Made by a program: the position numbers and the translations under genes. A stretch of DNA of 64,000 nt from the human T2T-CHM13v2.0 reference genome, Homo sapiens: the NCBI RefSeq assembly GCF_009914755.1, contig NC_060933.1. One strand, written 5' to 3'. Positions 27,201 to 40,226 of this stretch are shown piece after piece. Positions within the stretch are counted from its first letter, which is position 1. Each line of letters starts with the position of its first letter. Under the pieces are notes generated by a model. It was not told the DNA's origin. It ran no database searches and was given only the letters and a program-made list of their open reading frames with translations.

Positions 27201-30200
27201 ATTCGGGTAGTTTCCATTCCATTCCATTCCATTCCTCTCCATTCCATTGCACTCGGATTGATTCCACTCCATTGCATTCCATTCCGTTCCATTCAATTCC
27301 ATTCCGTTCCATTCCATTCCATTACATTCGGATTGATTCTATTCAACTCCCTTACTATCCGTTACATTCCATTCCATTCGGGTTGTTCCATTCCATTCCA
27401 TTCCATTCCACTCCATTCCATTGCACTCGGGTTTATTCCATTCCATTCCATTCCATTCCATTCCATTCCATTACGGAAGATTCCATTCCATTGCATTCCA
27501 TTCCATTCCATTCCCCTGCACTCGCGTTGATTCCATTGCTTTCCATTCCATTCCATTCCGTTCCATTCCATTCCTTTCCGTTCCATTCCATTCCATTCCA
27601 TTCCATTCCATTCCTTTCCGTTCCGTTCCGTTCCATTCCATTCCATTCCATTCCATTCTATTCGGGTTAATTTCATTCCATTCCATTCCATTACATTCAA
27701 TTCCATTGCATTCCAATCGAGTTGATTCCATTCCATTCCATTCCATTCCATTCCACTCCATTCCAGTCCTTTCCATTCCATTCCACTCGGGTTGATTCCA
27801 ATGTATTCCTTTCCATTCCATTCCATTCCATTGCAATCGAGTTGATTCCATTGCTTTGCATTCCTTTCCATTCCATTCCATTCCGAATGATTCTATTCCA
27901 TTGCATTCCATTCCATTCCATTCCCCTGCACTCGGGTTGATTCCATTCCATTCCACTCCATTCCGTTCCATTCCATTCCATTCCATTGTATTCGGGTTAA
28001 TTCCATTCCATTCCATTCCATTCCATTCCATTCCATTCCATCACAATCGAGTTGTTTCCATTCCATTCCATTCCATTCCATTCCATTCCATTCCGGATGA
28101 TTCCATTCCATTACATTCCGTTCCATTACATTCCCCTTCCCTCGGGTTGATTCCATTCCATTCCAATCCATTCCATTCGATTCCATTCCATTCCAATTCT
28201 TTCCATTCCATTCTATTCCGTACCATTCCATTCTATTCCATACCATTCCATTCCATTCCATTCCATTCCATTCCATTCCGTTCCGTTCCGTTCCGTTCCA
28301 TTCCATTCCATTGCATTTTATTCGGGTTAATTCCATTCCATTCCATTCCATTCCATTCTATTCCATTCCATTGCAATCGAGTTGAATCCATTGCATTCAA
28401 TTCCATTCCATTCCATTCCATTGCAATCGAGTTGAATCCATTGCATTCCATTCCATTCCATTCCGGAAGATTCCATTCCATTGCATTCCATTCCATTCCA
28501 TTCCCCTGAACTCGCGTTGACTCCATTCCATTCCATTCCATTCCGTTCCGTTCCGTTCCGTTCCGTTCCATTCCATTCCATTCCATTCCGTTCCGTTCCG
28601 TTCCATTCCATTCCATTCTATTCGGGTTAATTCCATTCCATTCCATTCGATTGCAATCGAGTTGATTCCATTCCATTCCATTCCATTGCATTCCATTCCA
28701 TTCCATTCCTTTCCATTCCATTACGGATGATTCCATTCCACTGCATTACATTCCTTTCCATTCCCGTGTACTCGGGTTGATTCCATTCCATTCCATTCCA
28801 TTCCATTCCATTCTATTCCATTCCATTCCATTCCATTCCGGAAGATTCCATTCCATTGCATTCCATTCCATTCCATTCCCCTGCACTCGCCTTGATTCCA
28901 TTCCATTCCATTCCATTCCATTCCATTTCGATCCGTTCCATTCCATTCCATTCCATTCCATTCCGTTCCGTTCCATTCCATTCCATTCCATTCCATTCTA
29001 TTCGGGTTAATTCCATTCCATTCCATTCGATTGCAATCGAGTTGATTCCATTCCATTCCATTCCAATCCATGCCATTCCACTCGTTATGATTCCATTCTT
29101 TCCATTCCATTCAAGTTGAATCCATTCCATTTCATTCCATTCCATTCGATTCCATTCGATTGCACTCGGGTTGATTCCATGGCATTGCATTCCATTCCAT
29201 TCCATTCCATTCCATTCCATTCCTTTCCATTCCATTCCATTCCATTCCATTCGGATTCATTCTATTCAATTCCCTTACACTCCATTACATTCCATTCCAT
29301 TCGTGTAGTTTCCTTTCCATTCCATTCCATTCCTCTCCATTCCAATGCACTCGGGTTGATTCCATTCCATTCCATTCCATTCCATTCCATTCCATTCCGG
29401 ATGATTCCATTCCATTGAATTCCATTGCATTCCATTCCCCTGCACTTGGGTTGATTCCAATCCATTCCATTCCATTCCTTTCTTTTCCATTCCATTCCAT
29501 TCCATTCCATTCTTTCGTGTTAATTCCATTCCATTCTATTCCATTCCATTCCATTGAAATCGACTTGATTCCATTCCATTCCATTCCATTCCGGATGTTT
29601 CCATTCCATTGCATTCCATTCCATTCCATTCCACTGCACTCGGGTTGATTCCATTCAATTCCATTCCATTACATTCCATTCCATTCCGTTCCATTTCATT
29701 CTATTCGGGTTAATTCCATTCCATTCCATTCCACTCCATTCCTGTCCTTTCCATTCCATTCCACTCGGGTTGATTCCATTCTATTCCTTTCAATTCCATT
29801 CCATTCCATTGCAATCGAGTTGATTCCATTCCAGTTGAATCCATTCCATTCCATTCCATTCCATTCCATTCCATTCCATTGCACACGGGTTCATTCCATT
29901 CCATTCCATTCCATTCCATTCCATATCATTCCATTCCATTCTATTCCGTACCATTCCATTCCATCCCATTCCATTCCTTTCCATTCCATGCCATTACACT
30001 CGGGTTGATTCCATTCCTTTCCATTCCATTCTTGTTGAATCCATTCCATTCCATTCCATTCCATTCGAATCCATTCCATTGCACTCAGGTTGATTCCATT
30101 CCATTCCATTCCATTCCATTTCATTCCATTCCATTCCATTACATTCGGATTGATTCTATTCAATTCCCTTACACTTCATTACATTCCGTTACATTCGGGA

Positions 30201-33200
30201 TGTTTCCATTCCATTCCATTCTATTCCACTCCATTCCATTGCATCAGGTTGATTGCATTCCATTCCATTCCATTCCATTCCGGATGATTCCATTCCATTG
30301 CATTCCATTCCATTCCATTTCCCTGCACTCGGGTTGATTCCATTCCATTCCATTCCATTCCATTCCATTCCATTCCGTTCCATTCCATTCCATTCCATTC
30401 TATTCCGGTTAATTCCATTCCATTCCATTTTATTCCATTCCATTCCATTCCATTCCATTGCAATCGAGTTGATTCCATTCCATTCCATTCCATTCCGTTC
30501 CGGATGATTCCATTCCATTCCATTCCATTTCATTCCATTCCCCTGCAGTCGGGTTGATTCCATTCCATTCCATTCCATTCCATTCCGTTCCATTCCATTC
30601 CATTCTATTCTATTCGGGTTAATTCCATTCCTTTCCATTCCATTCCATTCCATTCCATTCCAATCCAGTTGATTCCATTCCATTCCACTCCATTCCATTC
30701 CACTCCATTCCAGTCCTTTCCATTCCATTACCCTCGGGTTGATTCCATTCTATTCCTTTCCATTCCATTCCATTCCATTGCAATCGAGTTGATCCCATTG
30801 CTTTGCATTCCATTCCATTCCATTCCATTCCGGATGATTCCATTCCATTGCATTCCATTCCATTCCATTCCCCTGCACTCGGGTTGATTCCATTCCATTC
30901 CACTCCATTCCGTTCCATTCCGTTCCATTCCATTGTATTCGGGTTAATTCCATTCCATTCCATTCCATTCCATTCCATTCCATTCCATTCCATTACAATC
31001 GAGTTGATTCCATGCCATTCCATTCCATTCCAGTCCTTTCCATTCCATTCCACTCGGGTTGATTCCATTCTATTAGTTTCCATTCCATTCCATTCCCTTC
31101 CATTCCACTCTGGTTGATTCCATTCCTTTCCATTCCACTCGAATACATTCCCTCCTATTCCACTCGGAACGATTCCATTCCATTCCATTCCATTCCATTC
31201 CATTCCATTCCATTCCATTCCAGTTCGTTCCATTCCAGTTCGTTCCATTCCATTCTATTCCGTACCATTCCATTCTATTCCATTCCTTTCCATTCCATTC
31301 CTTTCCACTCGTATTGATTCCATTCCTTTCCATTCCATTCGGTTTTAAGGCATTCCATTCCATTCCATTCCATTCCATTCCATTCCATTCCATTGCATTC
31401 TATTCCATTCCATTGCAATCGAGTTTAATCCATTGCCTTTCATGCCATTCCATTCCATTCCATTCCATTCCGGAAGATTCCATTCCATTCCATTCCATTC
31501 CATTCCATTCCGTTCCGTTCCATACCATTCCATTCCATTCCATTCCGTTCCGTTCCATTCCATTCCATTCCATTCTATTCGGGTTAATTCCATTCCATTC
31601 CATTCGATTGCCATCGAGTTGATTCCATTCCATTCCATTCCATTCCATTCCATTCCATTCCATTCCTTTCCATTCCATTACGGATGACTCCATTCCATTG
31701 CATTCTATTCCATTCCATTCCCCTGTACTCGGGTTGATTCCATTCCATTCCATTCTACTCCATTCGGTTCCGTTGCATTCCATTCTATTGCATTCCATAC
31801 TATTTGGGTTAATTCCATTCCATTCTATTCCATTCCATTCCATTGCAATGGAGTTGATTCCATTCCATTCCATTCCATTCCGGATGATTCCATTCGATTT
31901 CATTCCATTCCATTCCATTCCCCTGCACTCGTGTTGATTCCATTCCCTTCCATTCCATTCCATTCCATTCCATTCTATTCCGATTAATTCCATTCCATTC
32001 CATTCCATTCCATTCCATTGCAATCGAGTTGATTCCATTCCATTCCTTTCCATTCCATTGCCTTGCATTCCACTCGGGTTGATTCCATTCCCTTCTTTCC
32101 ACTCCATTACATTCCCTTCCTTTCCACTCGGAATGATTGATTCCATTCCATTCCATTCCATTTCATTCCATTGCAATCCATTCCAATCCATTCCATTCCA
32201 TTCCATTCCACTCGAGTTGACTTCATTCCATTCCTTTCCATTCCATTCCATTCCATTCCTTTCCACTCGAGTTGATTCCATTCCATTCCAATCCATTGCA
32301 TTCCATTCCATGCCATTCCACTCGGGTTGATTCCATTCCTTTGCATTCCATTCCATTCCATTCCATTGCATTCCATTCCATTCCATTCCGTTGCATTCCA
32401 TTCCATTACATTCGGATTGATTCTATTCAACTCCCTTACTCTCCATTACATTCCATTCCATTCGGGTTGTTCCATTCCATTCCATTCCATTCCACTCCAT
32501 TCCATTGCACTCGGGTTGATTCCATTCCATTCCATTCCATTCCATTCCATTCCATTCCCGATGATTCCATTCCATTGCATTCCATTCCGTTCCATTCCCC
32601 TGCACTCGGGTTGATTACATTCCATTTCCTTCCCTTCCATTCCATTCCATTCCATTCCATTCCATTGTATTCGTGTGAATTCCATTCCATTCCATTCCAT
32701 TCCATTCCATTGGAATCGAGTTGATTCCATTCTAAGCCATTCCATTCCGTTCCGGATTATTCCATGCCATTCCATTCCATTCCATTCCCCTGTAGTCGGT
32801 TTGATTCCATTCCATTCCATTCCATTCCATTCCAATCGAGTTGATTCCATTCCATTCCATTCCATTCCATTCCATTCCATTCCATTCCATTGCATTCCAT
32901 TCCATTCCATTCCGGATGATTCCATTCCATTGCATTCCATTCCATTCCATTCCCCTGCACTCGGGTTGATTCCATTCCATTCCACTCCATTCCGTTCCAT
33001 TCCATTCCATTCCATTTTATTCGGGTTAATTCTATTCCATTCCATTCCATTCCATTCCATTCCATTCCATTCCATTACAATCGAGTTGATTCCATTCCAT
33101 TTCATTCCATTCCTTTACATTCCATTCCTTTCCATTCCATTCCACTCGCGTTGATTCCATTCTATTAGGTTCCATTCCATTCAATTCCCTTCCATTCCAC

Positions 33201-33369
33201 TCTGGTTGATTCCACTCCTTTCCATTCCACTCGAATTCATTCCCTCCTATTCCACTCGGAACGATTCCATTCCATTCCATTCCATTCCATTCCATTCCAT
33301 TCCATTCCATTCCAGTTCCTTCCATTCCATTCTATTCCGTACCATTCCATTCCATTCCATTCCTTTCCA

Positions 33370-33857
33370 TTCCATTCAATTCCTTTCCATTCCATTACGG
33401 ATGACTCCATTCCATTGCATTCCATTCCATTCCATTCCCCTGTACTCGGGTTGATTCCATTCCATTCCATTCCACTCCATTCGGTTCCGTTGCATTCCAT
33501 TCTATTACATTCCATTCTATTCTGGTTAATTCCATTCATTCTATTCCATTCCATTCCATTCCATTCCATTGCAATGGAGTTGATTCCATTCCATTCCATT
33601 CCATTCCATTCCATTCCATTCAATTCCTTTCCATTCCATTACGGATGACTGCATTCCATTGCATTCCATTCCATTCCATTCCCCTGTACTCGGGTTGATT
33701 CCATTCCATTCCATTCCACTCCATTCGGTTCCGTTGCATTCCATTCTATTGCATTCCATTCTATTCTGGTTAATTCCATTCATTCTATTCCATTCCATTC
33801 CATTCCATTCCATTGCAATGGAGTTGATTCCATTCGATTCCATTCCATTCCATTCCA
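33370..33857 (+). repeat. 244-bp tandem duplication
   Basis: ACGGATGACT at 33397 and 33641; ORFs 33415 and 33659 start identically. Both copies carry CTATTCTGGTTAATTCCATTCATTCTATT. Confidence 0.85.
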
Positions 33858-36800
33858 TTCCATTCCATTCCATTCCAGTTCGTTCCATTCCATTCTATTC
33901 CGTACCATTCCATTCCATTCCATTCCTTTCCATTCCATTCCTTTCCACTCGTGTTGATTCCATTCCTTTCCATTCCATTCGGTTTGAAGGCATTCCATTC
34001 CATTCCATTCCATTCCATTCCGTTCCGTTCCATTGCATTCCATTCCATTCCATTCCGTTCCGTTCCATTCCATTCCATTCCATTCTATTCGGGTTAATTC
34101 CATTCCATTCCATTCGATTGCCATCGAGTTGATTCCATTCCATTCCATTCCATTCCATTCCATTCCATTCAATTCCTTTCCATTCCTTTACGGATGACTC
34201 CATTCCATTGCATTCCATTCCATTCCATTCCCCTGCACTCGGGTTGATTCCATTCCATTCCATTCCACTCCATTCGGTTCCGTTGCATTCCATTCTATTG
34301 CATTCCATTCTATTCTGGTTAATTCCATTCCATTCTATTCCATTCCATTCCATTCCATTCCATTGCAATGGAGTTGATTCCATTCCATTCCATTCCATTC
34401 CGGATGATTCCTTTCCATTGCATTCCATTCCATTCCATTGCCCTGCACTCGTGTTCATTCCATTCCGTTCCATTCCATTCCATTCCATTCTATTCCGGTT
34501 AATTCCATTCCTTTCCATTCCATTCCATTCCATTCTATTGCAATCGAGTTGATTCCATTCCATTCCTTTCCATTCCATTCCATTGCCTTGCATTCCACTC
34601 GGGTTGATTCCATTCCCTTCTTTCCACTCCATTTCATTCCCTTCCATTCCACTCGGAATGATTGATTCCATTCCATTCCATTGAATTTCATTCCATTGCA
34701 ATTCATTCCAATCCATTCAATTCCATTCCATTCCACTCGAGTTGACTTCATTCCATTCCTTTCCATTCCATTCCATTCCTTTCCACTCGAGTTGATTCCA
34801 TTCCATTCCAATCCATTGCATTCCATTCCATGCCATTCCACTCGGGTTGATTCCATTCCTTTGCATTCCATTCCATTCCATTCCATTCCATTCCATTCCA
34901 TTCCAATCCGTTCCATTCCATTCCATTCTATTCCATTGCAATCGACTTGATTCCATTCCATTCCATTCCATTCCATTCCATTCCATTTTGTTCCAATCCA
35001 TTCTATTCCGAACCATTCCATTCCATTCCATTCCCTTCCATTCCATTCCATTCCATGCCATTCCACTCGGGTTGATTCCATTCCTTTCCATTCCATTCGG
35101 GTAGAATCCAATCCACTCCATTCCATTCCATTCGAATCCATTCCATTGCACTCGGGTTGATTCCATTCCATTCTATTCCATTCGATTCAATTCCATTCCA
35201 TTCCATTCCGTTCGATTCCATTTCATTACATTCAGATTGATTCTATTCAATTCCCTTACACTCCATTATATTCCAATCCATTCTGGTTGTTTCCATTCCA
35301 TTCCATTCCATTTCACTCCATTCCATTGCACTCGGTTTGATTCCATTCCATTCCATTCCATTCCATTCCGGATGATTCCTTTCCATTGCATTCCATTCCA
35401 TTCCATTCCCCTGCACTCAGGTTGATTCCATTCCATTCCATTCCACTCCATTCGGTTCCGTTCCATTCCATTCTATTGCATTACATTCTATTCGGGTTAA
35501 TTCCATTCCATTCTATTCCATTCTATTCCATTCCATTCCATTGCAATGGAGTTGATTCCATTCCATTCCATTCCATTCCGGATGATTCCATTCCATTGCA
35601 TTCCATTCCATTCCATTCCATTTTATTCGGGTTAATTCCATTCCATTCCATTCCATTCCATTCCATTCCACTCCATTCCAGTCCTTTCCATTCCATTCCA
35701 CTCGGGTTGATTCCAATGTATTCCTTTCCATTCCATTCCATTCCATTGCAATCGAGTTGATTCCATTGCTTTGCATTCCATTCCATTCCATTCCATTCCG
35801 GATGATTGCATTGCATTGCATTCCATTCCATTCCATTCCCCTGCACTCGGGTTGATTCCATTCCATTCCACTCCATTCCGTTCCATTCCATTCCATTCCA
35901 TTGTATTCGGGTTAATTCCATTCCATTCCATTCCATTCCATTTCATTCCATTCCATTACAATCGAGTTGATTCCATTCCATTCCATTCCATTCCAGTCCT
36001 TTCCATTCCATTCCTCTCGGGTTGATTCCATTCTATTAGTTTCCATTCCATTCCATTCCCTTCCATTCCACTCTGGTTGATACCATTCCTTTCCATTCCA
36101 CTCGAATACATTCCCTCCTATTCCACTCGGAACGATTCCATTCCATTCCATTCCATTCCATTCCATTCCATTCGATTCCATTTCGTTCCATTCCATTCTA
36201 TTCCGTATCATTTCATTCCATTCCATTCCATTCCATTCCATTGTACTCAGGTTGATTCAATTCCATTGCATTCCATTCCATTCCATTCCATTCCATTCCA
36301 TTCCGTTGCATTCCATTCCATTACATTCGGATTGATTCTATTCAACTCCCTTACTCTCCATTACATTCCACTCCATTCGGGTTGTTCCATTCCATTCCAT
36401 TCCATTCCACTCCATTCCATTGCACTCGGGGTGATTCCATTCCATTCCATTCCATTCCATTCCATTCCATTCCGGATGATTCCATTCCATTGCATTCCGT
36501 TCCATTACATTTCCCTGCACTCGCGTTGATTTCATTCCATTCCATTCCATTGCATTCAATTCCATTCCATTACAATTCGTTCCTTTCCATTCTATTCCGT
36601 ACCATTCCATTCCATTCGATACCATTCTATTCCATTCCATTCCATTCCATTCCGTTCCATTCCGTTCCATTCCATTCCATTCCATTCTATTCGGATTAAT
36701 TCCATTCCATTCCATTCCATTCCATTCCATTCTATTCCATTCCATTGCAATCGAGTTGAATCCATTGCATTTCATTCCATTCCATTCCATTCCATTCCAT

Positions 36801-36910
36801 TCCATTCCATTCCGGAAGATTCTATTCCATTGCATTCCATTCCATTCCATTCCCCTGCACTCGCGTTGATTCCATTCCATTCCATTCCATTCCATTCCAT
36901 TCAGTTCCGT

Positions 36911-37170
36911 TCCATTCCATTCCATTCCATTCCATTCCATTCCGTTCCGTTCCATTCCATTCCATTCCATTCTATTCGGGTTAATTCCATTCCATTCCAT
37001 TCGATTGCAATCGAGTTGATTCCATTCCATTCCATTCCATTCCATTCCATTCCATTCCATTCCATTCCATTCCGTTCCGTTCCATTCCATTCCATTCCAT
37101 TCTATTCGGGTTAATTCCATTCCATTCCATTCGATTGCAATCGAGTTGATTCCATTCCATTCCATTCTAT
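36911..37170 (+). repeat. 130-bp tandem duplication at the left edge of the 3.72 kb domain
   Basis: TCCGTTCCGT at 36941 and 37071, TCTATTCGGG at 36971 and 37101, TCGAGTTGAT at 37011 and 37141. Confidence 0.85.
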
Positions 37171-40100
37171 TCCATTCCATTCCATTCCATTCCATTCCTT
37201 TCCATTCCATTACGGATGATTCCATTCCATTGCATTCCATTCCATTCCTTTCCCCTGTACTCGGGTTGATTACATTCCATTCCATTCCAATCCATGCCAT
37301 TCCACTCGTGTTGATTCCACTCTTTCCATTCCAATCAAGTTGAATCCATTCCATTGCATTCCATTCCATTCGATTCCATTCGATTGCACTCGGGTTGATT
37401 CCATTCCATTGCATTCCATTCCATTCCATTCCATTCCATTCCATTCCGTTCCGTTCCATTGCATTCCATTACATTCGGATTGATTCTATTCAATTCCCTT
37501 ACACTCCATTACATTCCATTCCATTCGGGTAGTTTCCATTCCATTCCATTCCTTTCCATTCCATTGCACTCGGGTTGATTCCATTCCATTGCATTCCATT
37601 CCATTCCATTCAATTCCATTCCGTTCCATTCCATTCCATTACATTCGGATTGATTCTATTCAACTCCCTTACTCTCCATTCCATTCCATTCCATTCGGGT
37701 TGTTCCATTCCATTCCATTCCATTCCACTCCATTCCATTTCACTCGGGTTGATTCCATTCCATTCCATTCCATTCCATTCCATTCCATTCCATTCCATTC
37801 CGGAAGATACCATTCCATTGCATTCCATTCCATTCCATTCCCCTGCACTCACGTTGATTCCATTCCATTCCATTCTATTCCATTCCATTCCCTTCCTTTC
37901 CCTTCCATTCCATTCCATTCCATTCCATTCCGTTCCGTTCCATTCCATTCCATTCTATTCGGGTTAATTCCATTCCATTCCATTCGATTTGCAATCGAGT
38001 TGATTCCATTCCATTCCATTCCATTCCATTCCATTCCATTCCTTTCCATTCCATTACGGATGATTCCATTCCATTGCATTCCATTCCATTCCATTCCCCT
38101 GTACTCGGGTTGATTCCATTCCATTCCATTCCAATCCATGCCATTCCACTCGTGTTGATTCCATTCTTTCCATTCCATTCAAGTTGAATCCATTCCATTG
38201 CATTCCATTCCATTCGATTGCACTCGGGTTGATTCCTTTCCATTGCATTCCATTCCATTCCATTCCATTCCATTCCATTCCATTCCGTTCCATTCCTTTC
38301 CATTACATTCGGATTGATTCTATTCAATTCCCTTACACTCCATTACATTCCATTCCATTCGTGTAGTTTCCATTCCATTCCATTCCATTCCTCTCCATTC
38401 CATTGCACTCTGGTTGATTCCATTCCATTGCATTCCATTCCATTCCATTCAATTCCATTCCGTTCCATTCCATTCCATTACATTCGGATTGATTCTATTC
38501 AACTCCCTTACTCTCCATTACATTCCATTCCATTCGGGTTGTTCCATTCCATTCCATTCCATTCCACTCCATTCCATTGCACTCGGGTTTATTCCATTCC
38601 ATTCCATTCCATTCCATTCCATTCCTTTCCGTTCCATTCCATTCCATTCCATTCCATTCCAATCCATTCCATTCCGTTCCGTTCCGTTCCATTCCATTCC
38701 ATTCCATTCTATTCGGGTTAATTCCATTCCATTCCATTCGATTGCAATCGAGTTGATTCCATTCCATTCCATTCCATTCCATTCCATTCCATTCCTTTCC
38801 ATTCCATTATGGATGATTCCATTCCATTGCATTCCATTCCATTTCATTCCCCTGTACTCGGGTTGATTCCATTCCAATCCATTCCAATCCATGCCATTCC
38901 ACTCGTGTTGATTCCATTCTTTACATTCCATTCAAGTTGAATCCATTCCATTGCATTCCATTCCATTCCATTCCCCTGCAGTCGGGTTGTTTCCATTCCA
39001 TTCCATTCCATTCCATTCCATTCCATTCCATTCCGTTCCGTTCAATTCCATTCCATTCCATTCTATTCGGGTTAATTCCATTCCATTCCATTCCATTCCA
39101 TTCCATTCCAATCGAGTTGATTCCATTCCATTCCATTCCATTCCATTCCACTCCATTCCAGTCCTTTCCATTCCATTCCACTCGGGTTGATTCCAATGTA
39201 TTCCTTTCCATTCCATTCCATTCCATTGCAATCGAGTTGATTCCATTGCTTTGCATTCCATTCCATTCCATTCCATTCCGGATGATTCCATTCCATTGCA
39301 TTCCATTCCATTCCATTCCCCTGCACTCGGGTTGATTCCATTCCATTCCACTCCATTCCGTTCCATTCCATTCCATTACAATCGAGGTGATTCCATTCCA
39401 TTCCATTCCATTCCAGTCCTTTCCATTCCATTCCTCTCGGGTTGATTCCATTCTATTAGTTTCCATTTCAATCCATTCCCTTCCATTCCACTCTGGTTGA
39501 TTCCATTCCTTTCCATTCCACTCGAATACATTTCCTCCTATTCCACTCGGAACGATTCCATTCCATTCCATTCCATTCCGTTCCATTCCATTCCATTCCA
39601 TTCCATTCCATTTCGTTCCATTCCATTCTATTCCGTATCATTCCATTCCATTCCATTCCATTCCATTCCATTCCATTCCATTCCATTCCATTCCATTGTA
39701 CTCGGGTTGATTCAATTCCATTGCATTCCATTCCATTCCATTCCATTCCATTCCGTTGCATTCCATTCCATTACATTCGGATTGATTCTATTCAACTCCC
39801 TTACTCTCCATTACATTCCATTCCATTCGGGTTGTTCCATTCCATTCCATTCCATTCCACTCCATTCCATTGCACTCGGGTTGATTCCATTCCATTCCAT
39901 TCCATTCCAGTCCATTCCGGATGATTCCATTCCATTGCATTCCGTTCCATTACATTCCCCTGCACTCGAGTTGATTCCATTCCATTCCATTCAATTCCTT
40001 TCCATTAAAATTCATTCCATTCCATTCTATTCCGTACCATTCCATTCCATTCCATACCATTCCATTCCATTGCATTCCATTCCATTCCATTCCGTTCCAT

Positions 40101-40226
40101 TCCGTTCCATTCCATTCCATTCTATTCGAATTAATTCCATTCCATTCCATTCTATTCCATTCCATTGCAATTAAGTTGAATCCACTGCATTTCATTCCAT
40201 TCCATTCCATTCCATTGCATTCCATT
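37041..40226 (+). repeat. ~3.72 kb higher-order repeat, copy 1 (5'-truncated)
   Basis: ORF offsets 37575->41284->45008 and 39497->43216->46945. Shared private variants: GGAAGATACC, CTCACGTTG, CGATTTGCAAT, CATTATGGATG, AATCGAGGTG, GCAATTAAGTTGAATCCACTGC. Boundaries approximate. Confidence 0.88.
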
